From the human T2T-CHM13v2.0 reference genome, Homo sapiens, in assembly GCF_009914755.1 (NCBI RefSeq), contig NC_060925.1: a stretch of DNA of 64,000 nucleotides; one strand, 5' to 3'. Positions 31,767 to 48,998 of the stretch are shown piece after piece; the first letter of the stretch is position 1, and each line of letters starts with the position of its first letter. Position numbers and translations under genes: made by a program. Under the pieces are notes generated by a model. The model worked only from the letters and a program-made list of their open reading frames with translations. It did no database searches and was not told the DNA's origin.

Positions 31767-32987
31767 TGTACCTCATTTTGATAAGAGTGTTGTGAAACTT
31801 ACATTCATTTCTCGTGGGAGTGTAAATGATTCAGTATTTCAGGAGGGCAGTTTGACAGGTAGCAGAGCCTTGAAAAGGTTCATACTCTTTGACCTCGTGA
31901 TTTCTTGTAGGACTATATTTTTAAGAAATAATCAGAAATGTCAGAAGAGGTGCAAGGATATTCATTATTTGTAATTATAGCATTACTTAACAATAGGAAA
32001 ATGAAATCAGCCTTTTGTGTAAAGGTCTATAATGGAGTTTGACTTCTTTGTCAAATGGCTACTTTGAGTGGTTTGATAAGTTTAATTTGATAGACACTTT
32101 GATTATAGCATTAATATAAGTTTTGTAATTATAGTAATTGGCTAAAAACGAATTCAGTTACTTAGGGATTTAATCTTAGGAATTTTATCCTAAAATATGA
32201 CATCTTTATGTAGTTGTGTATGTATGCTGTGATTTTGGAAAGAACAAAAATGTTTCTAGCAGTTTGATGTTTTCAGTATCATTGTCATAATATTTTTGTG
32301 TGAATATAATTTTTACTACTAAATGTTTTCTTTTTTTACAGGGAGATAATATAAAATGATCATATAGCTAGGCTAATTGAATATCCAGAAATTTTTATTT
32401 TTGCTATAGAATTGCTTTTTATCATTTCATTATTTCTTTCAGAAATTTCAAGCTTGAAAGATATGATCTAATTTTAGATTTAAAAAGGCAGTTTTTATCT
32501 CCACAGCATTCACTCCTTATCTACTGTGTAGAAATAATTGTCATCTCTCCCCTCAGTATTCCCTATCTCAGTTGCTCAAAGCAGAAACCTGGAATCTTAG
32601 TACTTCTGCAGACTTCGTTTTTAGCTTACATCACATGAGTCCAATTCTTGATGAAGTCCTGTCTGCCTCCAGAGTATCTTGAGTCTATCGTATCCATATC
32701 CACTGACAGTGCCCTGGTTGAGGGAACATTACTTTTTTCTTGAAGGACTATAGTATCATCTTAACTGTTTCCTCAATCTTCCCCTGACTCAATCTATTCC
32801 TTTTTTTTTTTTTGGTTTCTAATTTAATTTAAGATTTTATTGAAGTTTTGCATGTATCATGTTTAAGAAGTCAAATATTTGCATAAGAGAACAAAATATA
32901 GCAAAATCCTAACTCAGTTATTCGCATCTTTCCAACCTCGATCCTGGAGCTCCACTCCCACCCAGATCTCTTAGCTGTTTCTTCTTT

Positions 32988-34357
<1,370 letters not shown>

Positions 34358-35784
34358 TCACATAATATATCTAAATCCTTACTTTTCCTTGATTTTTCTA
34401 TTTTAAGTATGATATGTTAACTCTTTACTATAGAAGATGATTTCACTGTCTTATATTCTCTCCCCCCATTTATATAATTCATTTCTCCTTCTTTTGCACA
34501 TACAGTTATATCACAATTTTGACTAAGTAACTATATTTTTTACAATCGAACTGTACTTAAGTTTTGTTTTCTTTGAGCTAAAATGTACTTTAGTTTTCTT
34601 TGTATCCATCACTAAATTTCTGCCAGAAGTGAATGTACTGAATGTCTCTTCTTAATATTTCCAAACACATAAGGAATTTTTTTTTTCACTTTCAGAAACA
34701 GATGTCTGTTGGAATTTCTGTCCTCTTGCTCCTTTCTTGACTCTTGTTCTTAAAGGTCTGCTCATAGCTTTGCCCCAGGATCTCCCATTGCTGTTAATCA
34801 GAGGATTCCCAATATATATATATTTTTTTTCTATATTGGCTTTTCAGTTTCCTGGGTCTCATATCTTCCTTTTTCTTTGTTTGCTAGTTTGTTTTGATAA
34901 AGCACATACTCTACTAGTTCTCAGAGAGTAGGTACATAGAAGACAAATTCTCTGAGATGTTCATGTCTGAAAATGTCTGTAGTCTACTTTCAGACTTCAT
35001 TGATATTTGTGTTGGATATAGAATTCTAGAAAATTGAATTCTTCAAAATTGAAGGCATTGCTTCAGTTGTTTTTTAACTTCCAGTGCTGCTATTAAGATA
35101 TCTGATACCTTCTGATGCCTGTTTTCCATATGTGCTGTTTTTTGTTGTTGTTTTGTTTTTGAATCTCTGATCAGTTTTCTCTGTTCCCTCTTAAAATTAC
35201 TGTTATTCAGATGTTGACTCTTATGGTCTTCAAATTAGCATAACAACATTTTACTCCTATCATTAACTTTTTGTTTAAAAGATTTAGTCACCTTTATTTC
35301 ACAACTCTTCTACTGACTTTCAAATTTCTCTTATATTTTTTATTTCTAAAAGCTCTATTTTGTTCTCTGAATATTTCTTTTTATATATCCTCCTGTTTTT
35401 GCTTAGTGGGTACAATGTCTTTTTCTCATGTATTAAAAAATAATAATTATATGGTTTTGGCTTCTTTTTTTCTCAGTTTTCTTCGCTCCCTGCCCTAACT
35501 CGTTCTCTGCCCTAACTCTATTTCCTCAGTTCTTTTTCTTTTTTTGTTGTGGTTCTCTCTCTCCCTGGCTATTGTTGTATTACAGAAGTTTGTTAACCTG
35601 TTTCGGACCTTGGACTCGTCCGGCAGGCTGAAGCCTATGGAATGCTAACCCTTCTTTAAAAGGAAATCAGTTCTATTAAAATATACTTAACAAAATATTT
35701 TGTAAAGCTGTTACACAGCAATACATGTGCTTCTTTGCCCTTAATGTATTAAAATCTAGAGGTCAGTCTTAAATACTACCGTAT

Positions 35785-36078
35785 CTGGGTGTGATAATTC
35801 ATGCCTGTAATCCCAGCACTTTGAGAGGCTGAGGCAGTAGGATTGCTTCAGCAAAGGACTTCAAGTCCAGTCTGGCCAACATAGCGAGACCCTGTCTCTA
35901 CAAAAAATACAAACAAAATTAGCCGAATGTGGTGGTACACACCTGTAGCCCCAGCTACTTGGAAGGCTGAGGTGGAAGAATTGCCTGAGACAGGGAGATA
36001 AAGCTGCAGCGAACTATGACCCTACCAGTATACTCCAGCCTGGGCAACAGAGGAAGACCCTGTCTCAAAAAAATAAAA
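35785..36078 (+). mobile_element. AluJ
   Basis: Diverged dimer with A tail. Confidence 0.85.
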
Positions 36079-36776
36079 TAACTACCATAAGTTTGAAGCA
36101 GTGATGAGTGTAAATGATATTTTTAAGGTATCTGCATCAACTGTAATGTGATATGAAAATATCAGTGATTTTGATTGGTAACTACATCACATGTGTTGCC
36201 AATGCCACTGTAATCTGTAGCCTACATTTATAACTAAAAGGACTGTCTTATTTCAGTTAGAGGTTAGTGTAAAATGAAAATTAATTTTTTAATATACAAG
36301 TTTGTGGGCATTTTGTATTCTGTCGACAGGCACTTTTTGGGGATCATGATCCCTTTTATTAAAGGTTTCTTCAAGTGTTTGGGGTAATTGACTGTTAGCT
36401 CAAAGAGTGAGATACTAGAAAGCTGATTGGGAGCTCTGGGTGACTGAATAGTCTTCACTGTATGTTGTGGGATGCTCATCTTTATCTGTGGATCTTTTCC
36501 TCTTGGGATTCAAATCTTTTCAGAAAAGAATCCACCAGTATTCTGCCTGTGGAATGTAAATTTGCCTATGTTTTCATAGTCATTGTGCTCTCTTATGTCC
36601 TGCTAATCAAATTTGCTTTTGTGATCCAACTGAATGGATATAATATTATGTATGTTCCCATTAAATAAAGTGATTCTAGAAAAGAACACAAACTGTCTTT
36701 AATGTTTTGAAAGCCTTAATCTGGCAGAAAAAAACTAGGCTATTACTTAAATTTAATTTTCACCTTAATTTTCCAG

Positions 36777-36860
36777 GAGCTTTCAAGTTGTGGATGGAAT
36801 AAAAAAGAAAAATATAGTTCTGCACCAAATGCAGTTGCCTTCACAAGAAGATTCAATCAT
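36777..36860 (+). CDS. RALGPS2: RALGPS2 coding exon 4, [28 protein letters not shown]
   Basis: ttttccag| acceptor, CAT|gtgagt donor, 84 nt. Carries the CDC25 W..K...APN......FN motif. Confidence 0.95.
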
Positions 36861-37605
36861 GTGAGTTTATAAATTTTGATACTGTGTCTGAAATTCAGTT
36901 CCTCAATATATACTTTTTCCTTAAGAAATAATTTAACTTTTTACATCAGTTCTGGAATATTTTCAGCCAGTATCTCTCAAGTATTGTCTCTGTGCATGAT
37001 CTCTTTTTTTCTCTGTAACTCCTATTGAAAATTTATTGGAACTTGACATTCTTTCCTGCTTGTCTCTTAACCTTACATATTTTCTCTCTGTTTTTGTCCT
37101 CCATTCTGAGTGATTTCCTCAGATCTACATTTCAGTTCACTGATTCTCTTCAGATGTGTTTTATCTGTTTCAAATCTCTATGCTTTTACACCAGTCATGC
37201 TCTTTTCTTATTTTTATTTTATTTTTAAAATTTATTAATTTTCAACATAGTTTCTGTGTTATTATTGGAACTTCTTGGGGTACTACTACTCTATTTCTGC
37301 TCATTCTTAAAGTGGTTTTTTCAAAGATATATAGTGAATTTTGTATCTTTGGCTTGAAAGCTCGTGTCTGTTTAAGCTTTATTCATGAGAATTTTGCTGC
37401 TGCCTCAATTGAGGGAATACATTATTCTAAGAGGCTTTTTGTTTGCTTTTGCTCATACGTAGGGTTGTCGCAGACCTGGGACTGTTTTTTATGTTTATTG
37501 TTTTGCTTGGGGCATCTTTGTACTTCTCTGTAGTAAAAATTTAAATACCAAATCCAGTTAAAGGCAGCCTGTAGTTAACAAATTCTTCTTTTAAAATTAA
37601 ATTAA

Positions 37606-37918
<313 letters not shown>

Positions 37919-38369
37919 TGACCACCCAGAGCTTACATTATTATAGATGCACTTGTATGTTGTCTCCCTTTTTCAAGGGAGTTGAAAAATAAGTGAATTG
38001 TTTTAGTCTGCCTTTTCACTGAGATTGTAGACCTTTGAGTAGCATTAGATAGAAATGGAGGAGCGGAGAGGTGTGAGGCCTTGTATTATGTCTTTGAAGG
38101 AGCATTAAGTCCCAAGCCCCTAATGTCACCGAGATAGGAAATCCTCCAAGGGCAGTTACAGTACCCACTCTTGTAACCACTGCTTTGCTTTTATTTCCTT
38201 ATTTGTTTTTGATCTCTAGAGGAAATCCTTTATTTTTCTTCCAATTCAGAAATACATTAAAAAAAAACAGTTTGTTATATGTAACCCAGCAATTCTAGGG
38301 GTTGATAGCAAAAATACTTTTTCTTGTGAGTCCAGTAATTTTATGAAACCATGTCTTGGTGTTGGTTAT

Positions 38370-38685
38370 TCTGGGTCAGTGTTCTTAAATGTAGTTGGCT
38401 TTAATGGACTGTCATTTGGGGAGCACGTACACTTACCCTTCCAGTATTGGGGTCTCGGGGTGGCTGGATTTATTACATAGTAGCTTAGGGCTCTCCAAGA
38501 GAATGTTCCAGCAATCGAGGCAGGGGCTGCATGGTCTTTTATGACCTCGTCCTGGAAGTCAGTGTCACTTTCACTAACACTTTCTTCATCAAAGCAGTCA
38601 CAAGCCTGCCCAGATTCAGTAAGAAGTGATATACGTCCTAACTTTTGATAGAGAGTGACAAAGAATGTATGCTTAAAATCACCAC
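38370..38685. mobile_element. MLT1-type MaLR LTR fragment
   Basis: cttttatgacctcgtcctggaagtc...gtcacaagcctgcccagattca motif. Confidence 0.55.
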
Positions 38686-38697
38686 AGCATTTGTCTA

Positions 38698-39132
<435 letters not shown>

Positions 39133-40046
39133 TCACCATAATATTTGTATTAAAATTTGCCTGATGTTAAATTTAATTAAGTTGGTGAACATGCACTTTA
39201 GATTTGAATTCGTAGTTGATATTTGCTAAGGTTATTGTTAAGATTTCCATAGCATAACTTGATTTTTTTTTTTTTTTTAGGAGTAAACCTTGTTAGAACT
39301 GGGGAGGATTATTACTTTTAGTAGCCCAAGTATAGTAACAAGTATTAAGGTGACTTTGTAAAATATGTATACTTTATATTTACATATATATTTGTAAAAT
39401 ATATGTAAAATACATACATAATGACATTTCTTTACAGATGAAAATTGCAAGTAAAATCTGAAATATTTCTCATTAAAAATGTGAAGAAATATGAGGCAGT
39501 GGCATTATTTGTTGCACAATAATTTTGAACTATATTCTGTATTTAGATTTGTATAAGTGAACCAACTTACAGTGCTTTGACTTTTTTTCATAGTACATGA
39601 ATTAAAGTGTATTACATGGACATATTGTATCATATAATAAGCAAACTATTCAGAGTAGAGCATTATCATATTATATATCTAATCTGCCTTCTAATAAATT
39701 AGTTTTAATTATTTTTTAAATCAAGATGGTTTTATTTGAAAGCATTACAAAATTTTTGAAATGCAGTTTTAATCTTAGAATGTTAACTTAGATATATATT
39801 TTTTTCTTTTGATATTTTATTTACACCAAGAAAACCCTACTTGGGAATCTTCACTTATGATTCTACTCAATCTAAATAAACAGTCATGTAGAATTACACA
39901 GCCACAGAAAAACCTGCTATAAGTAGCACCTTTAACAATGTTTAATTTTAGAGCTTACCTAATTCTGCCAAAATTTTTTAAAATACAGCAAAAAAACTTA
40001 CAAATTAAAAATCATAGTGATATTTATTTAAAATTTTTATTTACAG

Positions 40047-40136
40047 GTAAGCTTTTGGGTTGTTAGAGAGATTCTTCATGCTCAAACATTAAAAATTAGA
40101 GCAGAAGTTTTGAGCCACTATATTAAAACTGCTAAG
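40047..40136 (+). CDS. RALGPS2: RALGPS2 coding exon 5, [30 protein letters not shown]
   Basis: tttacag| acceptor, AAG|gtaaga donor, 90 nt. Carries the CDC25 WV..EIL......RA......I..A motif. Confidence 0.95.
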
Positions 40137-40723
40137 GTAAGAAAAACTTGTGTTTTTATTTTTGAGTTCAACCATTCATAAATGTTTGTAAGTGAATAAA
40201 TATTCGTGATGCTTTATTCACTGTTTATTGATACTGGAAAAATAAGACTCATTGATATAAGTCAATTTTTAAAATTGGATGCCTACTTTCTCTGCCTTTT
40301 CCTTTATTCTTCCTGTTTTCCTACCTTTTCTTTTATATTCTTCCTCCCACTCTCTGAGTAGCTGAATTATGTGATCTGTTTTACTGAATAAGTAGACAAA
40401 GGTTGGATTATGGTAAAGTATGATATTTATAAAATATTGGACTATTCTGCAGGTGATGAAGAAAGCCATAAAGAATTAAGTAGGAGAATACTACTTCACT
40501 TCTGAAGTGAACCATGTGAAGAATAAGACTTTATTTTTAAGAGAATGGTATATGTGATATTACCACATTGTTAACTGAACAGTTATTGTGTGACATAGAT
40601 AATAAATACAGCAAGAGAAATGGAGAATGGATTTCAAAGGTAGTTGGAAATTAGAAGGGTGAGACAGGATGTTCTACAAAGGATACCAAGATTTTATTAA
40701 AACTTGTAACAACTCTGAATTTG

Positions 40724-41365
40724 GTTGGAGGGGCAGAAAGGGGGAGTGAGCCCTTCCCTCTCCATCATGAAGGGTCAAGGCCGGCAGCGATGTAACAAAA
40801 GACAAGTTAATGAGAGAAAAGCATAGCAGATTTATTACATGTGCATAGGAGTCATACAAAGTATAAACTCAAAGCAGGGCCAAATGGTTGATGCTTAAAT
40901 ATCTTCTTCACTGGGGAGAGGGGAGTTTTGGGGGAGGGGGTACATAAGAGTAAGTGATTTTCAGGTAAAATGAATGAGCCCAGAGAACGAAGTCCTGAGA
41001 CCAAGTTTCTCTGAGCTCTAGGGGAGGTGGCATTACAGGTTATGGGAGAGCGAAGGGAGAAGAACATGTTAAGCAAAGACAGATATCTCAAGGAAGTATC
41101 TCAGATAATCTCAGAGCTACCCTCAGAAAGAATAGTTGGGGTCGCCTATGGTTGAGTTAATCTTTCCTAGATCTGGACAAGGGAGAGGATGCTCAGAGGA
41201 AGCCTAGCTGTTCATTTCACCATTGTAGATTTTCTTTACAGATGTGAATCTCCTCCACAAAGGGCAGCTTTTCAGGGCTATATCTGTCCGTAGGCCCTCT
41301 GAATAGCTATCTCAAAATATGTCAAAGAAGTATATTTTAGGGTAATATATTTTTGGTTTCCTTTA
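40724..41365 (-). mobile_element. MER34/MER39-group ERV1 solo LTR
   Basis: Minus strand begins aaggaaaccaaaaatatattaccctaaaatatacttctttgacatattttgagat, typical of MER34-type LTRs. TATA-like and poly(A)-like motifs occur internally. Confidence 0.75.
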
Positions 41366-41560
41366 ATGTTAAGTTCACTAAGAAGTATGGTAATTGTAGC
41401 CACGTTCATTCATTACTCTTGTAATAAATACGTAACTTTCCTCACATGTGAATGAAAGAAGGCAGAATAAAATGAGGATATCATGTTTACAGTTATTAAA
41501 AGTCATAACTCTTTCCTATTTTCCTTAAGAACATGGGAGCAATTGTATTCTAACATTCTA

Positions 41561-41579
41561 TGGCACTAGGTGGCAGAGC
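41561..41579 (+). promoter_or_regulatory. Candidate CTCF motif
   Basis: tggcactaggtggcagag resembles the CCACTAGGTGGCAG core. Motif match only. Confidence 0.45.
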
Positions 41580-41656
41580 TAGCCTTCTACAAATTTGATA
41601 TTTTGCAAAAGTGTCAAAATATTTTTAGAAATTCTTTGTGATGATATGTTAGGTAA

Positions 41657-41964
<308 letters not shown>

Positions 41965-42282
41965 AATACTGGTTTTTAACTAATAAAAATTAATGATTCT
42001 TCATGGATTCTGCATTATTATTTTCTGATATTTTTGTTAGTTTTTAAATTTACTTGTATGTTCCACTCAAAACCACCAAATTTTGCTCAAACCTACCACT
42101 GTCTTCATCAAACAATCATTTAACTTCAGTTCAGACTTTGAATTATTTTTGACAGCACTTGCCTTCATCCCAAGCTCTAAACTCATAATTGTTTTTTTCT
42201 CATTGTCCCTTAAACCCTTCTATTCTGACTCTCTGCCTTCTATACTGTTTGTTATAAAACTGGCAGGTCTCTTACTTGAGTA

Positions 42283-42688
42283 TTGTTATCAGTCAGCATT
42301 CTCCAGAGAGATAGAACCGTAGCATTCTGTATAAACATGTATAAAGAGATCTAAATATAAAATGTATAAATAGATTTTAGGAATTGGCTTATACAATTGA
42401 AGGGACTGGCAAGTATGAAATCTGTAGGGTAGGCCAACAGGCTGGAAACTCAGGAGTTTAGGCACTAGTCTTGAAGCAGAATTTCTTTTCCAGGAAACAC
42501 CAATTTTCAATGTTAAAGCCTTTCAACTGATCAAATGAGGCCCACACACATTATCAAGTGGAATCTCTTGATTTGTAGATGTTAACCGCATCTACAAAAT
42601 ATCTTCATGACAACACCTAGATTAGGGTTCGATTAAATAACTGATACTAATAGTCTAGACAAGTTGACACATCAAACTTACCATCACA
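42283..42688 (-). mobile_element. MLT2-type (ERVL) solo LTR
   Basis: Minus strand starts tgtgatggtaagtttgatgtgtcaacttg and ends ..ctctggagaatgctgactgataaca. Confidence 0.75.
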
Positions 42689-43159
42689 TAGATACAAAAG
42701 AATATAAGAATATTTAAAGTATCAAAAGAATGATAATGTGGATACCCATGCACCCACTGACCACTGGGAATTTTCATATGCCTCTTCATATGCCACCTCC
42801 TTCCCTTCTACTGCAATGGGAACTACTGCCTTGAATTTTTTCTTTTACAGTGTGTATGTTTCTGAATCATATGTTGCTGCAAATATATGCTTTTGGATTT
42901 TGTTTAAATTGAATTATTCCATATTTACTTTTGTACTTTCATAACTCAGCAGTGTTACTTAATGGTTTTGGGAGTAGCTCTGTTGTAGAGTATCCTATTT
43001 GTATATATCACAAATTATTCAATGTACTTTGGATTATTTCCAAATTCTTGGCTATTATGAGCCCTGCTGCCATAAGCATTCTTGTATGAGTCTCTTGGTG
43101 CTTATGTGACGGTTGAAGCCCTAGAAATACAGAGTTCGTACTAGCAGTGAAATTACTGA

Positions 43160-43503
<344 letters not shown>

Positions 43504-43789
43504 TAGATAACCTCCAAACTGATTTATATTTATATATGCTCACTAGCAATGTATGAAGATGCCTGTTGCTCCACATCCATGTCACCATCTGATATTGTCA
43601 AAATTTTTCATTGTTGCCAATTCTGGTGGATGTGAAATTTATCTCATTTTAGTTTTAATTGCTTTTCATTGAATCTGATAGGAGTGAACATCTTTTCTAT
43701 GTTGGCCATTTAGGTTTTCTCTCTTGAAAGGTCTGTTTAAGATCTTTCAGCAGTTTTCTGTTTTGGTATTGGTCTTTTATTGTGTGTGT

Positions 43790-44115
<326 letters not shown>

Positions 44116-44279
44116 AGTCTTCTATTGATTTTTGTAGGAGTTCTTTATATAACTCTAGATGCTAGTTCTCATAAGCTTTGCATGTATCTTGCTATTTGTA
44201 GCTTGTCTTACCACTTTTTTCGTATTTTCTGATTTACATGTTCTTAATTTTAGTAGTCAGATTTACTGATCCTTAATTT

Positions 44280-44450
44280 CTGTCTTGGTCTGTTCTGGCT
44301 GCTATAACAAAAATACCGTTAACTAGGTGGCTTGTAAAAACAAACATTTATAAACAGTGAACATTCTAGAGAACTGTGAGGATTAAGTCCAATATCAAGG
44401 TGTCAGCAGATTCAGTGTCTGGTAAGGGCCCATTTCTCATAAAGCCCTTC
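44280..44450. mobile_element. MaLR (MLT1A/B or MST) LTR fragment
   Basis: tgtctt..gctgctataacaaaatacc..ggtggctt...tcaaggtgtcagcagattcagtgtctggt. Confidence 0.6.
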
Positions 44451-45435
44451 ATGTTGCAACAAAGTTCCTTCAAGCATTTTCCCAAACAACATTTCCTCCA
44501 TATTGCCCTGCCAACACACCCCACTGCTACAATATAGATGAAGGCTGTTCTGGGAATTTATGTAAGTGGGATCCTACAGAAAGCTATTACTTGTGGTTGA
44601 CTACTCTTGCTCACCATGTTGTTGAGATTCATCCACATTGCATGTTATTGATAATTCTTTTATTGCTAAGTAGATTTCCAGTGTATGGATATTCCACAAT
44701 TTCTTCATCATTTGCTTATTAATGCACATATTGTTTTTACTTTGGCTTTTATGAATAAAACTGTTATGAACATTTTTGTGGAGTATGCATTGAGTTTTCT
44801 TGGATTATACCTAGGAATGGTGGACTTTCTGGGTTATAGATTAGGAATATGTTTTAACTTTATTAGAAACTGCCAAATATTGTTATTTTCCAACATAACC
44901 CGGTTGGTTTTACCACTTTAAATTGCAGTCAGCAATAAGTCTTCCAGTTACTCCACACATCTTGCCAGTACTTGGTGTTTAATTTTTTTTTTTAATCTGG
45001 CCTTTCTTTTTGGGTGTGTAATAGTATCTTACTGTGGTTTTAATTTGTATTTTTCTGATGATAGTGATGGTTGAGTATCTTTTCATATGTATGTGGACCA
45101 TTTGGATATTTTGTTTTGTGATACTATCCTTTCAAATCTTTTACCCATATTTTTAATAGGATTGTTTGTCTTATCAAGTTGTAGGGATTTTTTTAATGTA
45201 TTCTGAATACAAACCCTTTTCAGAAATAAGTATTTTTTCCTAGTCTATGCCTTGCGTTTTTATTTTAATGCTGTCTTTTGGTTAGTGAGCAGAACTGTTC
45301 AATTTTAATGAAGTCCCATTTGTTATTTTTATCTTTGTGGTTACTGTGTTTTGTGTCTTGTTTAATAAATCTTTTCTTAATCCAGGGTCATAAAGACATT
45401 TTCCTTTGATCACTCCTAGAAGTATTATAGTTTGA

Positions 45436-45739
<304 letters not shown>

Positions 45740-45809
45740 AAATTAATTTTTGTGTCTGGTGGAAGGTGTAGGAGTTAAGGTTCATTTTTTTTCCTCATAA
45801 TAATATCTA

Positions 45810-46100
45810 GGCCAGGCACAGTGGCTCACACCTATAATCCTAGCACTTTGGGAGGCTGAGGCGGGCAGATCACTTGAGGTCAGGAGTTTGAGACCAGCCT
45901 GGCCAAACTCTACTAAAAAATACAAAAATAACTAGGTGTGTTGGCGCACTCCTGTAATCCCAGCTACTCAGAAGGCTGAGGCAGGAGAATCACTTGAACC
46001 TGGAAGGCAGAGTTTGTGGTGAGCTAAGATCACGCCACTGCACTCCAGCCTGGGCGACAGAGACTCTGTCTCAATTTAAAAAAAAAAAAAAAAAAAAAAA
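45810..46100 (+). mobile_element. AluS with a small internal deletion
   Basis: Dimer with long A tail and TSD AATATCTA. Confidence 0.9.
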
Positions 46101-46807
46101 GAATATCTAATTGTGCTAACTCCATTCTTTTCTCTGTTTAACTGCTTTGACATTTTGGTTGAAAATCACTTGATCAAATACGTGTAGGTATATTTCTGTT
46201 CCTTTGATTTATTTGTCTATTCTTATTCCAATATCTCTTTGTCTTAATTACTGTAGCTTTGTAGTAAGCCTTGCAATCTGATAGTGTTCTAATTTTTTTT
46301 TCTTCTTCAAGATTGTCTTGGCTATGCTATCTCCATTTTATATCTGTGGAAATTTTAGAAGTAGCTTGTCAATTTCTACAACATGGCCTGCTTCCATTTT
46401 TGATTGAGGTTTTATTGAATTTATAGATCACTTTGGGAAGAATTGATAACAACATTAAGACTTTCAATCCACAAACATGGTTTATTTCTGTTTAAGTTTT
46501 CTTTAATTTCTCTCAGCAGTGCTTTATTTTCAGTGAAGCACTGTTGTATATCATTATTTCTAATAGACAGCCAATGTTCTGATATTATTGTAAATGTTTT
46601 TCCGGCTCATTTTCTAATTGTTTGGTGCTACATATGCAGTCGTGTTACCTGAAAATAAAGGCAGATTTGACTTCTTCCTTTCTGACTTTTCTACCTTTAA
46701 ACATTATATTTAAAAGAATGGTAGAGACTGGAGTAAATACTCTCTTCTCCCAGGGTGGTTAAGCCCAATCCTCTGTGAGGGAACAAGAATGAGAAGCTGA
46801 TTTTTCT

Positions 46808-47129
<322 letters not shown>

Positions 47130-47687
47130 TTAGGAATTGAGGTGGATAGGGTTGAGTTTTAGCTTTAGTTAGTTTCATATAACCTCTGGTCACAAATGAC
47201 TCAGGGCAAAATCTGTACTTTGTATGGTACAGGCCCCTTGCTGTAGTAGGGACCCTGGGATCTAAGTCCCAGAGATCTCTCTCTGCTTTCTAACCCAGCT
47301 GTCAGCCTCCAGCACTGACACACAGTAAAGTAAGTTCCATTAGGAGTGAATCAGTGGACACAGAGCCAACTCTAGGTTTGAGACTCCTACAGATTCTAGT
47401 CTATTATACCAGCCCACAGATTTTACTTTAGCAAAATCTGCCTGTCGGAGCCTTCATCTTTGCCTAGCCTTGTAGAGATTCAGCGTATGCCCTCAGGGAG
47501 GAAAAACTGTTTAAAGGCTGTTGGTTTTTTTTACTTTGGAATTTAGTTATTTGTGTTCTTTGTGTCCACAACTCTCCAGTGTCTTTAATAAAATGGTTTT
47601 CTAAGTTTTATCTGTTTTGTTTTCTTGCCATTATGGCTTTAACAATGGTTTCTCATGTTGTTCTACATCTTAGGCAGAAGCTACTAG

Positions 47688-48022
<335 letters not shown>

Positions 48023-48649
48023 CTGTTTATTCTTACTATGAAGTAGTTATTTGGGCTGCAAACCTCCATAAGACCCCTCCCCTCTTCCCTTAGCACTAAG
48101 GTTCACAGCAGGCATTGTTGTCTGGCAGTCTCTTGATGGTGGGTAAGGATTACTTCTATCCTGCCCTTACGCTCAGGCAATGAGTCCTTCAGTGTCTCTG
48201 CTTTATGCAATGAGAGTCTCTTATTGGAACCCCCACCATAGATTAGGCCCTGGGCAATGTGTCCCATGAAGCTTGGAAAGCTAACCAGATTTTCAAATGT
48301 CCTCCAAGGGATTGCCAGCTTTGGTGTTCAGCTTACATCTCTGGATTCTCCTTAGTTTTAGGGCCCTAAGTATTCCTTACTTTATTGCTAGCTTTACAGT
48401 GAATTTTCATAAGATGTGTTTCATATCTTACCCAATATTTTTAATTATTTTCACTGGAAGAGTAGGTCAAGGTGTCTAATTTACCAGACTTCTGGTATGT
48501 AGTCCTTACTAAATTTTGAATCCATTCCCCCTCTTCAACTCCACTGACACTAATGTATCAGATCCTTCTCATCATCTCTCACTGTAGTCTCTGAACTGAT
48601 TCCCTTCCTGTATGCCACCTTCTGCTCCCTGATCTTTCCAAAATGTAGT

Positions 48650-48998
48650 ACACATCCATAATATCTTACCCAAAGCATTTGGGGCCAGATATATTTAGGA
48701 ATACACTTTTTTCCCCAGATTTTAGAAAGGTGGTATAGTTCATATACCATCTGTGGTATGCTCATCACAATCACCTCCACCTCCTGCTTATGTAATACCT
48801 TGAAATCAAACACACTTAATATTTTTGGAGCAAAACATGTAATTATTCACCTTAAGTGAGATCAATGAAGTCTGTCATTAGCCTCACATCAGGTTAGATT
48901 TTCCCACCTAGTGAACCTGAGACCACACTACCAAATAAACAAAACTTTGACTTTTCAGGTTTGAGATCTCAGAATTGCAGATAAAGGGTTGTGAACCG
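48650..48998. mobile_element. Old non-autonomous DNA transposon (Tigger-like), nested in L2
   Basis: Imperfect TIRs (atccataatatcttacc / gataaagggttgtgaacc). Family not firmly identified. Confidence 0.45.
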
